Shown: one piece after another, positions 36,917 to 46,702 of the stretch
Position numbering within the stretch: position 1 is the first letter of the stretch
Layout of the letters: each line of letters starts with the position of its first letter
Assembly (NCBI GenBank): GCA_965279515.1
Contig: CBDIID010000003.1
Coordinates: 4,672,001-4,736,000 of the forward strand
DNA: 64,000 nt
Source: Turneriella sp.
GTDB taxonomy: Bacteria; Spirochaetota; Leptospiria; Turneriellales; Turneriellaceae
Direction of reading: 5' to 3'
Notes under the pieces: model-generated
Told to the model about the DNA's origin: nothing
The model's database searches: none
Seen by the model: the letters and a program-made list of their open reading frames with translations, nothing else
Position numbers and translations under genes: made by a program

Positions 36917-39049
36917 ATGCGAAAAATGCTGCCTGTACTGCTGCTGGCCTGGCTGGGATGTACCCCGAAAACGCCGGTATTCGTGCATCCGCAGATTCCC
37001 TTAAAGCTCTCGCTGGGCCATGTCTCGGTCGTGCGCGACGATAAGGCGCGTATTCTCAGCATTGTCGACCACCGCCGCAACCGTGCGCTTTTGCGCCTGA
37101 GCCTCGCCGATTCGTTTCTGACTCTCGCCCGGGCCCAAAGCCATGTCAGCAGCCGCATGGGTTCATACTGGATGGACGATGAACCGGCCGAACAATGCGA
37201 AAAGACCGAGCTGCTTTCTTCCAGCGTCGATGTGTCCGCGATACGGCTCTCGGGCCGCAGTCTCTGCGATCGGCAAAAGGTAGCGTTTGAGATGGTGATC
37301 CAACCCATCGATAACCGCGTGATTTTTTCACTGCGCCCGGCGGATGGCACCTTCAATCGCCTGCGCCTGAAATTTCTTGCTGAAGAAAATGAACATATCT
37401 TCGGCGGCGGCGAACAGTTCACGCACCTCGATCTGCGCGGCCGCAAAATTCCCATGCTTTCCGAAGAGCAGGGTATTGGCCGCGGCCTGCAACCCATCAC
37501 CACCGGCGCAACGCTGACAGCCGGCGCGGGCGGTACCGACGTCACCACGTATGCGCCGGTCCCGTTTTTTATGACGAGCGCATTCCGTTCGTTCGAGACC
37601 GCGCAAACGGCCTACCAGGTGTGGGATTTCACCCGCCGCGAGTTTGTCGTCGAGATCTGGGAGGGCAGCCTCACGCTGTCTTTGGCGACCGCCAATTTTG
37701 AGACGCTGATCGCCGACTACACCGCGCGCACCGGCCGCATGAAAAAGCTGCCCGACTGGGCCGCGGGTACGATTTTGGGCGTTCAAGGCGGCCGGGAAAA
37801 AGTCGAAGAAATACTCGCCGCCGCCGTCAAAGCGGGAAATCCCATCACGGCGATCTGGATTCAGGACTGGGTCGGCCGGCGTATGACGAGCTTCGGCAGT
37901 CAACTGTGGTGGCGCTGGCTGCCCGATGAAAAGGCCTATCCCGATTTCAGAAACTGGGTGCAGCTACTCGCGTTCAGGGGCATCAAGGTGCTGGGTTATA
38001 TCAATCCCTTTCTCGCCGACGAGGGGCCGATCTTTGACGAGGCAAAGCTGCAGGGTTACCTGGTGCGCAATGCTAAGGGCGAGCCGTATAAAATTCAGAC
38101 CGCGGGATTTCCCGCATACCTCATCGATCTTTCGAATGCCAGGGCCCGCGATTTTCTGAAAAATATTATCAAACAGAATCTGCTGGCAAACGGCCTCGCA
38201 GGTTACATGGCCGATTTTGGCGAGTGGCTGCCGTTCGATGCGGTGCTGGCATCGGGCGAAAGCGCTGAACTTTGGCATAACCGCTACCCGGTCGAATGGG
38301 CGCGCCTCAACCGTGAGGCGATCCGCGAAGCGGGTCTCGAGGGCAGGGTGGTGTTTTTTACGCGCTCTGGTTTTGCCGGTTCTGCGGGCGAATCGACGCT
38401 GTTCTGGGCGGGCGATCAGCTGGTGACCTTTGACGAGCACGACGGTCTTGCTTCGGCGATCACCGGTATTTTATCGGGCGGCGTTTCGGGCATTTCACTT
38501 AACCACAGCGACATCGGCGGTTATACGACCATAAACCACTTTGTTAAAAACTACCACCGCAGCCGCGAGCTCACGCTGCGCTGGGCGGAGTTCGCCGTGT
38601 TCACGCCGTTTTTCCGCACGCATGAGGGCAATCGCCCCGAGAAAAATTACCAGGTCTATAGTGATAACCGCATCACTACAGAGTTTGCGGCGCTGGGAAA
38701 AACCCACCTCAAACTCAAACCTTATTTTGACGAGCTGATGCTCGAGGCCGAGAGAACAGGAATGCCACTATTACGGCCGATGTTTCTGCATTATCCGTTC
38801 GATCGCAATACTTTTGAGCTCCGCCACCAGGCGATGCTGGGCCGCGATCTTGTCATTGCGCCGGTCATCGAGCCGGGTGCAACGCAGGGCCGCGTCTATC
38901 TGCCGCAGGGTGAGTGGATTCATTCGCTGACGGGGAAAAGTTTTGCCGGCCCCGCGTGGCATTTTTTCGCTGCGCCTCTGGGCACGGCCGTGGGGTTTAT
39001 CCGCGCCGGTTCTTTGCATGAGCAAATGCTGAGAGAGGCTTTGCGGTAA
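36917..39049 (+). CDS. GH31 alpha-glycosidase, YihQ/sulfoquinovosidase-like, probable lipoprotein
   Basis: WIQDW.G.RMTSFG, MADFGE nucleophile, WAGDQ acid/base, HSDIGGYT, RTHEGNRP; LAWLGC lipobox. Confidence 0.88.
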   Translation: MRKMLPVLLLAWLGCTPKTPVFVHPQIPLKLSLGHVSVVRDDKARILSIVDHRRNRALLRLSLADSFLTLARAQSHVSSRMGSYWMDDEPAEQCEKTELLSSSVDVSAIRLSGRSLCDRQKVAFEMVIQPIDNRVIFSLRPADGTFNRLRLKFLAEENEHIFGGGEQFTHLDLRGRKIPMLSEEQGIGRGLQPITTGATLTAGAGGTDVTTYAPVPFFMTSAFRSFETAQTAYQVWDFTRREFVVEIWEGSLTLSLATANFETLIADYTARTGRMKKLPDWAAGTILGVQGGREKVEEILAAAVKAGNPITAIWIQDWVGRRMTSFGSQLWWRWLPDEKAYPDFRNWVQLLAFRGIKVLGYINPFLADEGPIFDEAKLQGYLVRNAKGEPYKIQTAGFPAYLIDLSNARARDFLKNIIKQNLLANGLAGYMADFGEWLPFDAVLASGESAELWHNRYPVEWARLNREAIREAGLEGRVVFFTRSGFAGSAGESTLFWAGDQLVTFDEHDGLASAITGILSGGVSGISLNHSDIGGYTTINHFVKNYHRSRELTLRWAEFAVFTPFFRTHEGNRPEKNYQVYSDNRITTEFAALGKTHLKLKPYFDELMLEAERTGMPLLRPMFLHYPFDRNTFELRHQAMLGRDLVIAPVIEPGATQGRVYLPQGEWIHSLTGKSFAGPAWHFFAAPLGTAVGFIRAGSLHEQMLREALR

Positions 39050-39055
39050 TCAAGT

Positions 39056-39108
39056 AACCACGGCGGCACGGCGAACACGGCGCCGTGCTCTCCGTGATCG
39101 CCGTGGTT
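39056..39108. repeat. REP-like palindrome built from CACGG subrepeats between convergent genes
   Basis: AACCACGGCGGCACGGCGAACACGG-CG-CCGTGCTCTCCGTGATCGCCGTGGTT. Confidence 0.75.
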
Positions 39109-39117
39109 TTGCTAATA

Positions 39118-39549
39118 CTAGAGTTCGCCGATATCTTCGTTCCATAGTTTTGGGTTGGCCGCAATAAACGCGCGCATCATATCGGCGCATTCTTCCAGCG
39201 CGAGATCAATAACTTCGATGCCCTGCGAGCGCATAAAATCCGGCGCGCCCGGAAATGTTAGCGATTCGCCGACAATGACTTTGGGGATAGCAAATTGCAC
39301 GGCGGCCCCTGAACACAGGAAGCAGGGCATCAGCGTGGAGTAAAGAACAGTGTCCTTGTAGCTGCCGATGCGGCCGGCATTTTGCAGGCAATCGATCTCG
39401 GCGTGCAGAATCGGGTTCTTCTTCTGCACGCGCTGGTTATGCCCGCGGCCGATGATTTCGCCGTTCTTAACCAGTACCGAGCCGATGGGGATACCCCCAA
39501 CGGCGAGTCCTTTTTTCGCCTCGAGAATCGCTTCGTGCATGAAATCCAT
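39118..39549 (-). CDS. Zn-dependent nucleoside/cytosine deaminase
   Basis: HAEIDCL, PCFLC; resembles yeast FCY1-type cytosine deaminase. Confidence 0.88.
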   Translation of the reverse strand: MDFMHEAILEAKKGLAVGGIPIGSVLVKNGEIIGRGHNQRVQKKNPILHAEIDCLQNAGRIGSYKDTVLYSTLMPCFLCSGAAVQFAIPKVIVGESLTFPGAPDFMRSQGIEVIDLALEECADMMRAFIAANPKLWNEDIGEL

Positions 39550-39643
39550 GCGTTTATTGCCAGCGGCGGCATGCGTCGGTAAACAAAAATATCCGCATTA
39601 TGAATTCTTGTTCACCGCATGAAAAGGCCTTGCAGCCGGGCAT

Positions 39644-40123
39644 ATGAGTCTTCAATTAGGGAAACCCGCGCCGGATTTTTCGGGCAAAGCATTTTGGCTG
39701 GGGCGTGCGGGCGGTGAGATTTTCGATTTTAATCTCAAGGATTTTCCCGGTAAACGCATCATACTGGCTTTTTATCCCGGTGATTTCACGCCGGTATGCA
39801 CGGTCGAGATGTGCGATTTTGGCGATCATATCGGCGCACTCACCGGTCTCAACGCTCTCGTTGTCGGAATTTCCACAGACCCGATCTCAAAGCACGCCGA
39901 GTTCGCCAAAAAGTATAATCTGAATTTCCCGCTGGTCGAAGACGTCGATAAAAAAATCGGCGGTGCTTATAATGTCACCGGGAATTTTCTGATGCCCTCG
40001 CATAAACGCGCGCTTTTCATCATCGACGCACAGGGAAACCTGGCCTGGAAAAAAGTCGAACTGGCAGTGGTCTTTCGCACCGAGGCGAAAGAAGTTGCGC
40101 GCGTACTTGGGGCGCTGCCGTAA
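39644..40123 (+). CDS. Peroxiredoxin (BCP/PrxQ type)
   Basis: FYPGDFTPVCTVEMCDF. Confidence 0.9.
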   Translation: MSLQLGKPAPDFSGKAFWLGRAGGEIFDFNLKDFPGKRIILAFYPGDFTPVCTVEMCDFGDHIGALTGLNALVVGISTDPISKHAEFAKKYNLNFPLVEDVDKKIGGAYNVTGNFLMPSHKRALFIIDAQGNLAWKKVELAVVFRTEAKEVARVLGALP

Positions 40124-40128
40124 CCGCC

Positions 40129-41691
40129 ATGGCTAAAAAAACTTCTGAAAAAACGGTCTCACCGCGCGTCGTTGAAATTATGGATACGACGCTGCGCGAC
40201 GGCGAGCAGACCTATAACGTGGCATTTGCCGCTTCGGAGAAACTCCAGGTTTCCCGGCTGCTGCTCGAAAAGGCGAACGTCAACTATATCGAAGTGGCCT
40301 CAGCGCGCGTCTCTAAGGGCGAGCTCGAAAGCGTACGCCAGATTACCGCGTGGGCAGAGAAGACCGGCGGCAAGAAGCTGCTCGAGCGTATTGAGATTTT
40401 AGGCTTCGTCGACGAAAAGCGCTCCGTCAACTGGATGGTCGAGGCCGGGGCGATGACGCTCAACATGCTGACGAAGGGCTCGCTCAACCATTTGAAGAAC
40501 CAGCTCAAAAAGACACCCGGCGAGCATTTTTCCGATATCGCCAAAACCATCGAATATGCGGTGAAACAGGGCCGGCGCGTGAATGTGTACCTCGAAGACT
40601 GGTCGAATGGTTATCTCCATTCACCGGCGTATATGTATGAGTATCTCGACTTTATCGTCACACAACCGGTGAAGCGCATCATGCTGCCGGACACATTGGG
40701 CGTACTCTATCCCTCGCAGGTCTTCACCGCGATTTCGGAAATTACCTCGCGTTACCCCAAAAGCCACTTTGATTTCCATCCGCATAACGACTATGGCCTG
40801 GGCACCGTGAACGTGCTCGAAGCGATCCGCGCGGGTGCGCACGGGGTGCATACCACTGTCAATTGCCTCGGCGAGCGCACAGGCAACGCTTCGCTGGCCG
40901 AGGTCGTAGCGGGCATCCATGACCACCTGGGCTTGAAGACCACCGTGAACGAAAAAAGCCTCTTTAACCTTTCCCGCACGGTAGAAACTTTCTCCGGCAA
41001 GCGCCTCGCCGCCAATGCCCCCATTGTCGGTGAAGACGTCTTCACGCAGACAGCGGGCATCCATGCCGACGGCGATAAAAAAGGCGGTCTCTATGAAAGC
41101 CGCCTGATGCCGGCGCGTTTTGGCCGCGACCGCCGCTACGCGCTGGGCAAGCTGGCAGGCAAGGCGTCCGTCGACCAGAACCTCAAGGAACTCGGCATCA
41201 CACTGGCCGACGATGAGCGTGCGCAGGTGCTGGCGCGTATCATCGAACTCGGCGACCAGAAAAAGCAGGTGACGCTCGACGATCTGCCCTTCATCATCGG
41301 CGAGGTCTTAAAAAAGCCCGAAGAGAAGATTGTCGTCATCAGTCAGGTCACTGTGACTTCCGGGCTACATGTGAAGCCGATGTGTTCGCTGACCGTCGAA
41401 TATAAAGGCAAGTCAGCCCAGGTTTCGGGGCAGGGTGAGGGCGGCTATGACGCGTTTATGGTTGCCCTGACAGGCTGGGCGAAGCAGAATAAGATCACGC
41501 TGCCGCGCCTGACAGACTATGAAGTGCGGATTCCCCCCGGTGGCCAAACCTCGGCGCTTGTCGAGTGTAAGATCACGTGGCGTGAAACCGGCTCTGAGCG
41601 CATCATGACGACGCGCGGGGTCGACCCCGACCAGATTATTGCAGCGATCCGCGCGACGGAGCGTATGCTGAACCTGATTTTAAGGAAATGA
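40129..41691 (+). CDS. cimA: (R)-citramalate synthase, Leptospira type
   Basis: DTTLRDGEQ, ASARVSKGE, LTKGSLNHL, YLEDWSNG, HPHNDYGL, TQTAGIHADGD. Confidence 0.9.
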   Translation: MAKKTSEKTVSPRVVEIMDTTLRDGEQTYNVAFAASEKLQVSRLLLEKANVNYIEVASARVSKGELESVRQITAWAEKTGGKKLLERIEILGFVDEKRSVNWMVEAGAMTLNMLTKGSLNHLKNQLKKTPGEHFSDIAKTIEYAVKQGRRVNVYLEDWSNGYLHSPAYMYEYLDFIVTQPVKRIMLPDTLGVLYPSQVFTAISEITSRYPKSHFDFHPHNDYGLGTVNVLEAIRAGAHGVHTTVNCLGERTGNASLAEVVAGIHDHLGLKTTVNEKSLFNLSRTVETFSGKRLAANAPIVGEDVFTQTAGIHADGDKKGGLYESRLMPARFGRDRRYALGKLAGKASVDQNLKELGITLADDERAQVLARIIELGDQKKQVTLDDLPFIIGEVLKKPEEKIVVISQVTVTSGLHVKPMCSLTVEYKGKSAQVSGQGEGGYDAFMVALTGWAKQNKITLPRLTDYEVRIPPGGQTSALVECKITWRETGSERIMTTRGVDPDQIIAAIRATERMLNLILRK

Positions 41692-41721
41692 AGGGATTTC
41701 CTGAAAAAGAATGAGACTCCC

Positions 41722-42591
41722 ATGAAAGATGTCGCCGTTGTCTATAAGCATTCCGCGCTCGAAAGTTACAGCGCGAAACATATCCGCCGCCACCGCGAGA
41801 TGAATCCCGAACTCGGCGATCGCATGCAGACCGCGCACGACGACCATTCGCGCGCGCTGGATGCGCTCCGCCGTGTGCTTGTTGATCTGAAGCTCGAGGC
41901 ATCATACTTTGAGCGCGACAGCCTCAGGCAGAACCTCGATGGCTTTCACCTGGTGGTTTCCCTGGGTGGCGATGGCACGTTTATCAATGCCTCGCATTTT
42001 ATCGAAAAAACCCTCTTGCTCGGTGTGAATTCCTCGCCGGAAAACAGTGTCGGGCATTACTGCCGTTTCCTGGTCAAAGGCAATAAAAAAGAAGCCCAGC
42101 TGAAGACCGCAATCCACGATTATTTTACCGGAAAAAAAATGCTGATTCCCGAAGCCCGGCTATTGCGTATGCAGGTCGTTGTGCAGAATCAGCCGGCGGC
42201 TTTTCCGGTTTTGAACGATGTCCTGTTCTGCGAAAAAGATCCGGCGGCGACCTCGCGCTACACGCTGCGCATCAAGGGCCGCAACCACCACCAGAAGAGC
42301 TCGGGCATCTGGCTGACGACGCCCACCGGCTCCAGTGCGGCCTACTCATCGGCCGGGGGCAAGGCGTTTAAACAAAAGGAGCTGCGTTTTATTGTGCGCG
42401 AGCTCTACAGCGACGATGCGCGGCCGGCGGCGCGTAAGGGCAGCGTAAAACCGGGTGAGTCGCTGAAAATCATCAGCAGCATGATGCATGGCGCGCTGTA
42501 TCTCGATGGCTCGCACCACAAGCTGCCGATGACCCTCGGCGAGCACGTTTCGATCGGTGTGCATCCCAAACCCTTGCGGGCCATTTATTAA
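41722..42591 (+). CDS. nadK: NAD(+)/NADH kinase
   Basis: LGGDGT, LND, SSGIWLTTPTGSSAAYSSAGG. Confidence 0.9.
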   Translation: MKDVAVVYKHSALESYSAKHIRRHREMNPELGDRMQTAHDDHSRALDALRRVLVDLKLEASYFERDSLRQNLDGFHLVVSLGGDGTFINASHFIEKTLLLGVNSSPENSVGHYCRFLVKGNKKEAQLKTAIHDYFTGKKMLIPEARLLRMQVVVQNQPAAFPVLNDVLFCEKDPAATSRYTLRIKGRNHHQKSSGIWLTTPTGSSAAYSSAGGKAFKQKELRFIVRELYSDDARPAARKGSVKPGESLKIISSMMHGALYLDGSHHKLPMTLGEHVSIGVHPKPLRAIY

Positions 42592-42595
42592 AGTT

Positions 42596-43201
42596 ATGGT
42601 TAAGCGCGCGGTTCTGTTAACTTTTTTCCTGTGCCCGGGCCTGTTCGCCGATCAGGTGAAATACCGCAACGGCGATATCATCTTCCAGGAGACCCGCTCG
42701 GGACAGGCGGAAGCCATTAAGCGGGCGACGGGGTCGCCGTATTCCCATGTTGGTATTATCTATTTTCAAAAAAAGCAGGCCTATGTGTTTGAAGCCGTAC
42801 AGCCGGTGAAACTGACGCCGCATCCGGAGTTTATCCGGCATGGCGTGCAGAAAAAATATGTTGTGAAGCGGTTGAAAAATGCCGCATCGCTTCTCCATCC
42901 GGCTGCGGAGCAGAAAATGTACGAGAGCGGTAAAAAACACCTGGGGAAAAACTATGACTGGGTGTTTGGCTGGTCCGATGAAAAAATATACTGCTCAGAG
43001 CTGGTCTGGAAAATCTACCAGGAAGGTTTGGGTGTAGAGCTTTCCCGGCCCAAAAAGCTCAAAGACTTCAACCTGTCCGATAAGATAGTCCAGAAGAAGC
43101 TGAGTGAGCGTTACGGTAAAAAAATTCCCTATGAAGAACCCGTCGTCTCACCTGGGCAGCTTTTTGATTCACCGCTGCTCGAAACTGTCTACGAACGATA
43201 A
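42596..43201 (+). CDS. YiiX/YebB-family permuted papain-like enzyme, secreted
   Basis: GDIIFQ, YSHVGI, FEAVQPV, YCSELVWKIY. Confidence 0.9.
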   Translation: MVKRAVLLTFFLCPGLFADQVKYRNGDIIFQETRSGQAEAIKRATGSPYSHVGIIYFQKKQAYVFEAVQPVKLTPHPEFIRHGVQKKYVVKRLKNAASLLHPAAEQKMYESGKKHLGKNYDWVFGWSDEKIYCSELVWKIYQEGLGVELSRPKKLKDFNLSDKIVQKKLSERYGKKIPYEEPVVSPGQLFDSPLLETVYER

Positions 43202-43213
43202 GTCAGCGGTCCT

Positions 43214-43256
43214 ATGGCATCCATGTCGCGCACAGCTTGCGCACATCCTGTGCGAC
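43214..43256. repeat. REP-like twin palindromes (CATCCWTG cores) between convergent genes
   Basis: GGCATCCATGTC and CGCACA-TCC-TGTGCG. Confidence 0.5.
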
Positions 43257-44332
43257 TAATCCTCAGGCCCTTTTTCGACCGGGTATGAACCGAGAATACG
43301 AAAGCCGGCTGTTAGCTCGCGTATTTTATCGAAAGCCGCCTTGACACTGGGGTCATCCGCGTGGCCTTCGAGATCGATAAAGAAAATGTAACTCCACACC
43401 TGTGTGCGGTCGGGGCGCGATTCGATGCCGCGCATGTTGATCTTCTCGTCATAGAGCGGCGCCAGTGCGCGGTAAAGCGAACCCGTGCTGTCGGGCAGGT
43501 TAAATGAAATCATCGTGCGGTTGCGCGCCGCGCGCCGGGCGATGTCGTGCCCGATCACGATAAAGCGTGTGAAATTGCGTTTATAGTCCGTAATATCGTC
43601 GACCAGGGATGGCAGGCCGTAGATTTCACCGGCGACCTGCGACGCTACCGCAGCGAGACGGGGGCTCCGCTCCTGCGCAACGAGGCGCACGGCCTCTGAG
43701 GTCGAGGGCGTTTCAATCCACTCAATGCCCGGCATGTTTTTCATGACAAAGCCCTGCACCTGCGCATAGGCCTGCGGGTGGGTATAGATCTTCTCGATCT
43801 CTTTGAGATCCTTGGCCACCGAGAGCAGGCTTTGCCGTATCTGCAGAACAATGTCTGAATAGATATTCAGGTCGTATTTAACGAGCGCATCGAGCGTCGC
43901 CTTGACCATGCCTTCAGTGGAGTTCTCGATCGGCACCACGCCGTATTTGATCTCGCGGCTCTGCACCGCGGCGAAGACGTCGTCAATCGTGCGGAAGGGA
44001 GCAAGGCTCAGGCTGCGGCCGAATTTATTGAGTGCGGCCTGGTGCGTGAATGAACCCTCGGCGCCGAAATAACCGACCTGGATCGAACCTTCGAGCTTCA
44101 GCGTTGCGCTCATGATTTCGCGGTAGATATTTTTCAGGGCGTCGTCGCCCAGGATTCCCGGGTTGAGCCGCGCAATTTTCGCGTAAACCTCCTGTTCGCG
44201 GTCGGGCTGGTAAAGGGGGATGTTATCCTTCGCCTTGGCGGTGGCGATCTCGCGCGCGCATTCGGCGCGTTGCCCGATAAGACGCACGATTTCCGCGTCG
44301 ATTCTGTCGATTTGGTCACGCCACTGTTTCAT
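43256..44332 (-). CDS. pheA: Chorismate mutase/prephenate dehydratase
   Basis: RDQIDRIDAEIVRL, GAEGSFT, VVPIENS, NFTRF, IESRP; ATG 44332 overlaps the scpB stop. Confidence 0.95.
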   Translation of the reverse strand: MKQWRDQIDRIDAEIVRLIGQRAECAREIATAKAKDNIPLYQPDREQEVYAKIARLNPGILGDDALKNIYREIMSATLKLEGSIQVGYFGAEGSFTHQAALNKFGRSLSLAPFRTIDDVFAAVQSREIKYGVVPIENSTEGMVKATLDALVKYDLNIYSDIVLQIRQSLLSVAKDLKEIEKIYTHPQAYAQVQGFVMKNMPGIEWIETPSTSEAVRLVAQERSPRLAAVASQVAGEIYGLPSLVDDITDYKRNFTRFIVIGHDIARRAARNRTMISFNLPDSTGSLYRALAPLYDEKINMRGIESRPDRTQVWSYIFFIDLEGHADDPSVKAAFDKIRELTAGFRILGSYPVEKGPED

Positions 44333-44868
44333 AATTCGTCGAAATTTAGCTCCTTCACATCTTGTGGTGGCGGCAGCTCGTCGAGGCTGTTGAGGCCGAA
44401 ATAGCGTAAAAAGTCCTTTGTCGTACCATAGAGCGTCGGTTTGCCGACGGTTTCTTTTTGCCCGACCGACTTGACGAGTTTTTTTTGCTGCAGGGTCAGA
44501 ATCTGCGCGCGCGAAGATACGCTGCGTATTTCCTCGATCTCGGGTAAGGTGATCGGTTGTTTGTAAGTGATGATCGCGAGGGTTTCGAGCGTCGATTTGC
44601 TGAGTGTTTCCTTTTTCTTCTGGCGCAGAAAATTCTGAATTGCCGGGTAGATATTGGGCTGCGTGGTGAAAGTATAACGTCCCGAAATCTCCTGGATCGC
44701 AATACCGGCCTCGCGCTCGGCGTATTCGTCGATTAAGGAATCGAGCGCGATTTTGACCTGGTCGGGGTTCTCCGAAAGGCCCGAGGCGATTTCGGAGAGC
44801 GTCAATCCCTGGCCGGAGATAAAGATTAGCCCTTCGACCGCTGCCTTGAGGTAGGCGGTATCGCTCAT
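44329..44868 (-). CDS. scpB: SMC-associated protein ScpB
   Basis: LSKSTLETLAIITYKQPIT..EIEEIR, GKPTLYGTT..FL.YFGL.SL.ELP. Confidence 0.95.
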   Translation of the reverse strand: MSDTAYLKAAVEGLIFISGQGLTLSEIASGLSENPDQVKIALDSLIDEYAEREAGIAIQEISGRYTFTTQPNIYPAIQNFLRQKKKETLSKSTLETLAIITYKQPITLPEIEEIRSVSSRAQILTLQQKKLVKSVGQKETVGKPTLYGTTKDFLRYFGLNSLDELPPPQDVKELNFDEL

Positions 44869-45680
44869 GGGGAAACCTCTTTTTCTTCAAAGCCCAGGTG
44901 CATTTGCGCGCCGTCATCGGCGGCTGAGAAATGGATATCGGCCTGCCATTCATCTTGTCTGAGTTTAATCAGTCTTTGTTTCGCCATCTCGAGCAGCGCG
45001 AGAAAGCAGGCAATGATGCGGGGTATGCTGAACCCCGTCACCGAGCGGAAAAACGATGCTTCACCGTCGCCCAGGAGTTTTGTCTGTAAATATTCGATCA
45101 TTTCTTCTACGGAAATATTTTCGTCGGCGATCTGCATCGGGCGCGATTTTTCTTCGCGTTCGAGGAAATCACGGAAGGTTTTCAGAAAAGAGATCAGGTC
45201 GACTTCAAGATAGTCCAGCTCTTTTTCAAACGTGCCCCATGTCGGTTCGCGCATGATACGCAGCTGGCTGCGCTCTTCGAGCAGGCGCATTTCCGCGGCA
45301 GCCTGCTGCATCTTTTTATACTCGAGCAGCTGTTCGACAAGCTCGTAGGGCAGGGTATCGGGCGGCGTGTCTTCGCCGATCGCCGCATTGGGCAAAAGCT
45401 GGCGTGATTTATAGAAAATCAGCCGCGCGGCAGTATGGGTGAACTCCGCCTGTTCTTCGAGCGAGATCTGTGCAGTTTCCATGAAGCGCAAAAAGTCATG
45501 AGTGATGCGTGAAAGCGAGACCGAGAAGATATCGACTTCATAGCTTTCAATGAGTGTCCAGAGAATGCCGAGGGGGCCTGTTTGCTCAGAACCCGCACGC
45601 GTGTGGAAAGCGACCTGGAAACGCGCGCGCGTCTCGTCGAGATCGGGAATCTGGGGGGCGATGGCGTTGCCTGTTTCCAT
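44865..45680 (-). CDS. scpA: Segregation/condensation protein ScpA
   Basis: GPL..L..LI....VDIF.VSL..IT, KSRQLLP, FLALLEMAK. Confidence 0.92.
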   Translation of the reverse strand: METGNAIAPQIPDLDETRARFQVAFHTRAGSEQTGPLGILWTLIESYEVDIFSVSLSRITHDFLRFMETAQISLEEQAEFTHTAARLIFYKSRQLLPNAAIGEDTPPDTLPYELVEQLLEYKKMQQAAAEMRLLEERSQLRIMREPTWGTFEKELDYLEVDLISFLKTFRDFLEREEKSRPMQIADENISVEEMIEYLQTKLLGDGEASFFRSVTGFSIPRIIACFLALLEMAKQRLIKLRQDEWQADIHFSAADDGAQMHLGFEEKEVSP

Positions 45681-46702
45681 CAGAGTTTGTAGGGGGCCGT
45701 CATTCCCATGGCCTCTTTGACGCGGTGCAGGGTTTCGCGGGCCACCTTACCCGCCTTTTCTGCGCCGGCTTTCAGTATTTCATTCACGGCCCCGTCATGG
45801 GCTTTGAGCTCTGCGCGCTTTTCACGGAAGGGCGCGAGTTTTGCATCGACCCGCGCCAGAAGCTGCTTCTTGCAGTCGACGCAGCCCAGCGCTGCGCTGC
45901 GGCAATTCGTATTGACTTCGTCCTTGAGATCGGGGGCAAAGAAGTCATAATAACTGAAAACCGGGCAATTGTCGGGATTTCCCGGGTCGGTGCGGCGCAC
46001 CCGCGCCGTATCGGTCTTCATCGCCATCAGCTTTTTCGCGAGAGACTCTTTTTCTTCGGCAAGTAGCAGCGAGTTGTTGTAGCTCTTGCTCATCTTGCGA
46101 CCGTCAAGACCCAGAACTTTGGGGAACGAAGACAAGATTGCCTGGGGGACTATCAGCACATCCTTTTCATTTTTACGGTAATAATGGTTAAAGCGCCGCG
46201 TGATTTCGCGCGTGAGTTCGAGGTGGGGAAGCTGGTCTTCGCCGATCGGCACATGCGTCGCGTCATAGAGCACGATATCGGCAGCCTGAAGAACCGGGTA
46301 CCCCAGAAAACCGAAGGAATCGAGATCCTTTTCGGTATTAGCCTGCTTATCTTTATACGTCGGGTTACGCTCAAGCCAGGAGAGCGGCGTGAACATCGCC
46401 AAAAGCTGCGCGAGTTCGGCGTGCTCGGGAACATCGGACTGCACGAAGATCGTGGCTTTTTCCGGGGAAAGGCCCGCCGCCAGCCAGTCAGAGATCATCG
46501 GCGCGATAAAGCGGTGCGCGTCGCCGTAGTTGGGGTAAAATGTCGTCAGCGAGTGCAGATTCGCGACCATGAAGTAACAATCCGCCTCGTTTTGCAGCCG
46601 CGCAAAATTCGTCAGCACACCGAGGTAGTGGCCGATGTGCAGCTCGCCCGTCGCCTGCATGCCGCTCAAAATACGGCCCGGTTTTTTCGCAGCATCACTC
46701 AT
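45680..46702 (-). CDS. trpS: Tryptophanyl-tRNA synthetase
   Basis: HIGH, YPVLQAADI, GEDQ, KMSKS. Confidence 0.96.
   Translation of the reverse strand: MSDAAKKPGRILSGMQATGELHIGHYLGVLTNFARLQNEADCYFMVANLHSLTTFYPNYGDAHRFIAPMISDWLAAGLSPEKATIFVQSDVPEHAELAQLLAMFTPLSWLERNPTYKDKQANTEKDLDSFGFLGYPVLQAADIVLYDATHVPIGEDQLPHLELTREITRRFNHYYRKNEKDVLIVPQAILSSFPKVLGLDGRKMSKSYNNSLLLAEEKESLAKKLMAMKTDTARVRRTDPGNPDNCPVFSYYDFFAPDLKDEVNTNCRSAALGCVDCKKQLLARVDAKLAPFREKRAELKAHDGAVNEILKAGAEKAGKVARETLHRVKEAMGMTAPYKL

Noticed and set aside
44333..44953. 565-aa PheA with a long N-terminal extension
   Set aside because: The extension is an alternative frame of scpB; the chorismate mutase domain begins at ATG 44332, overlapping the scpB stop
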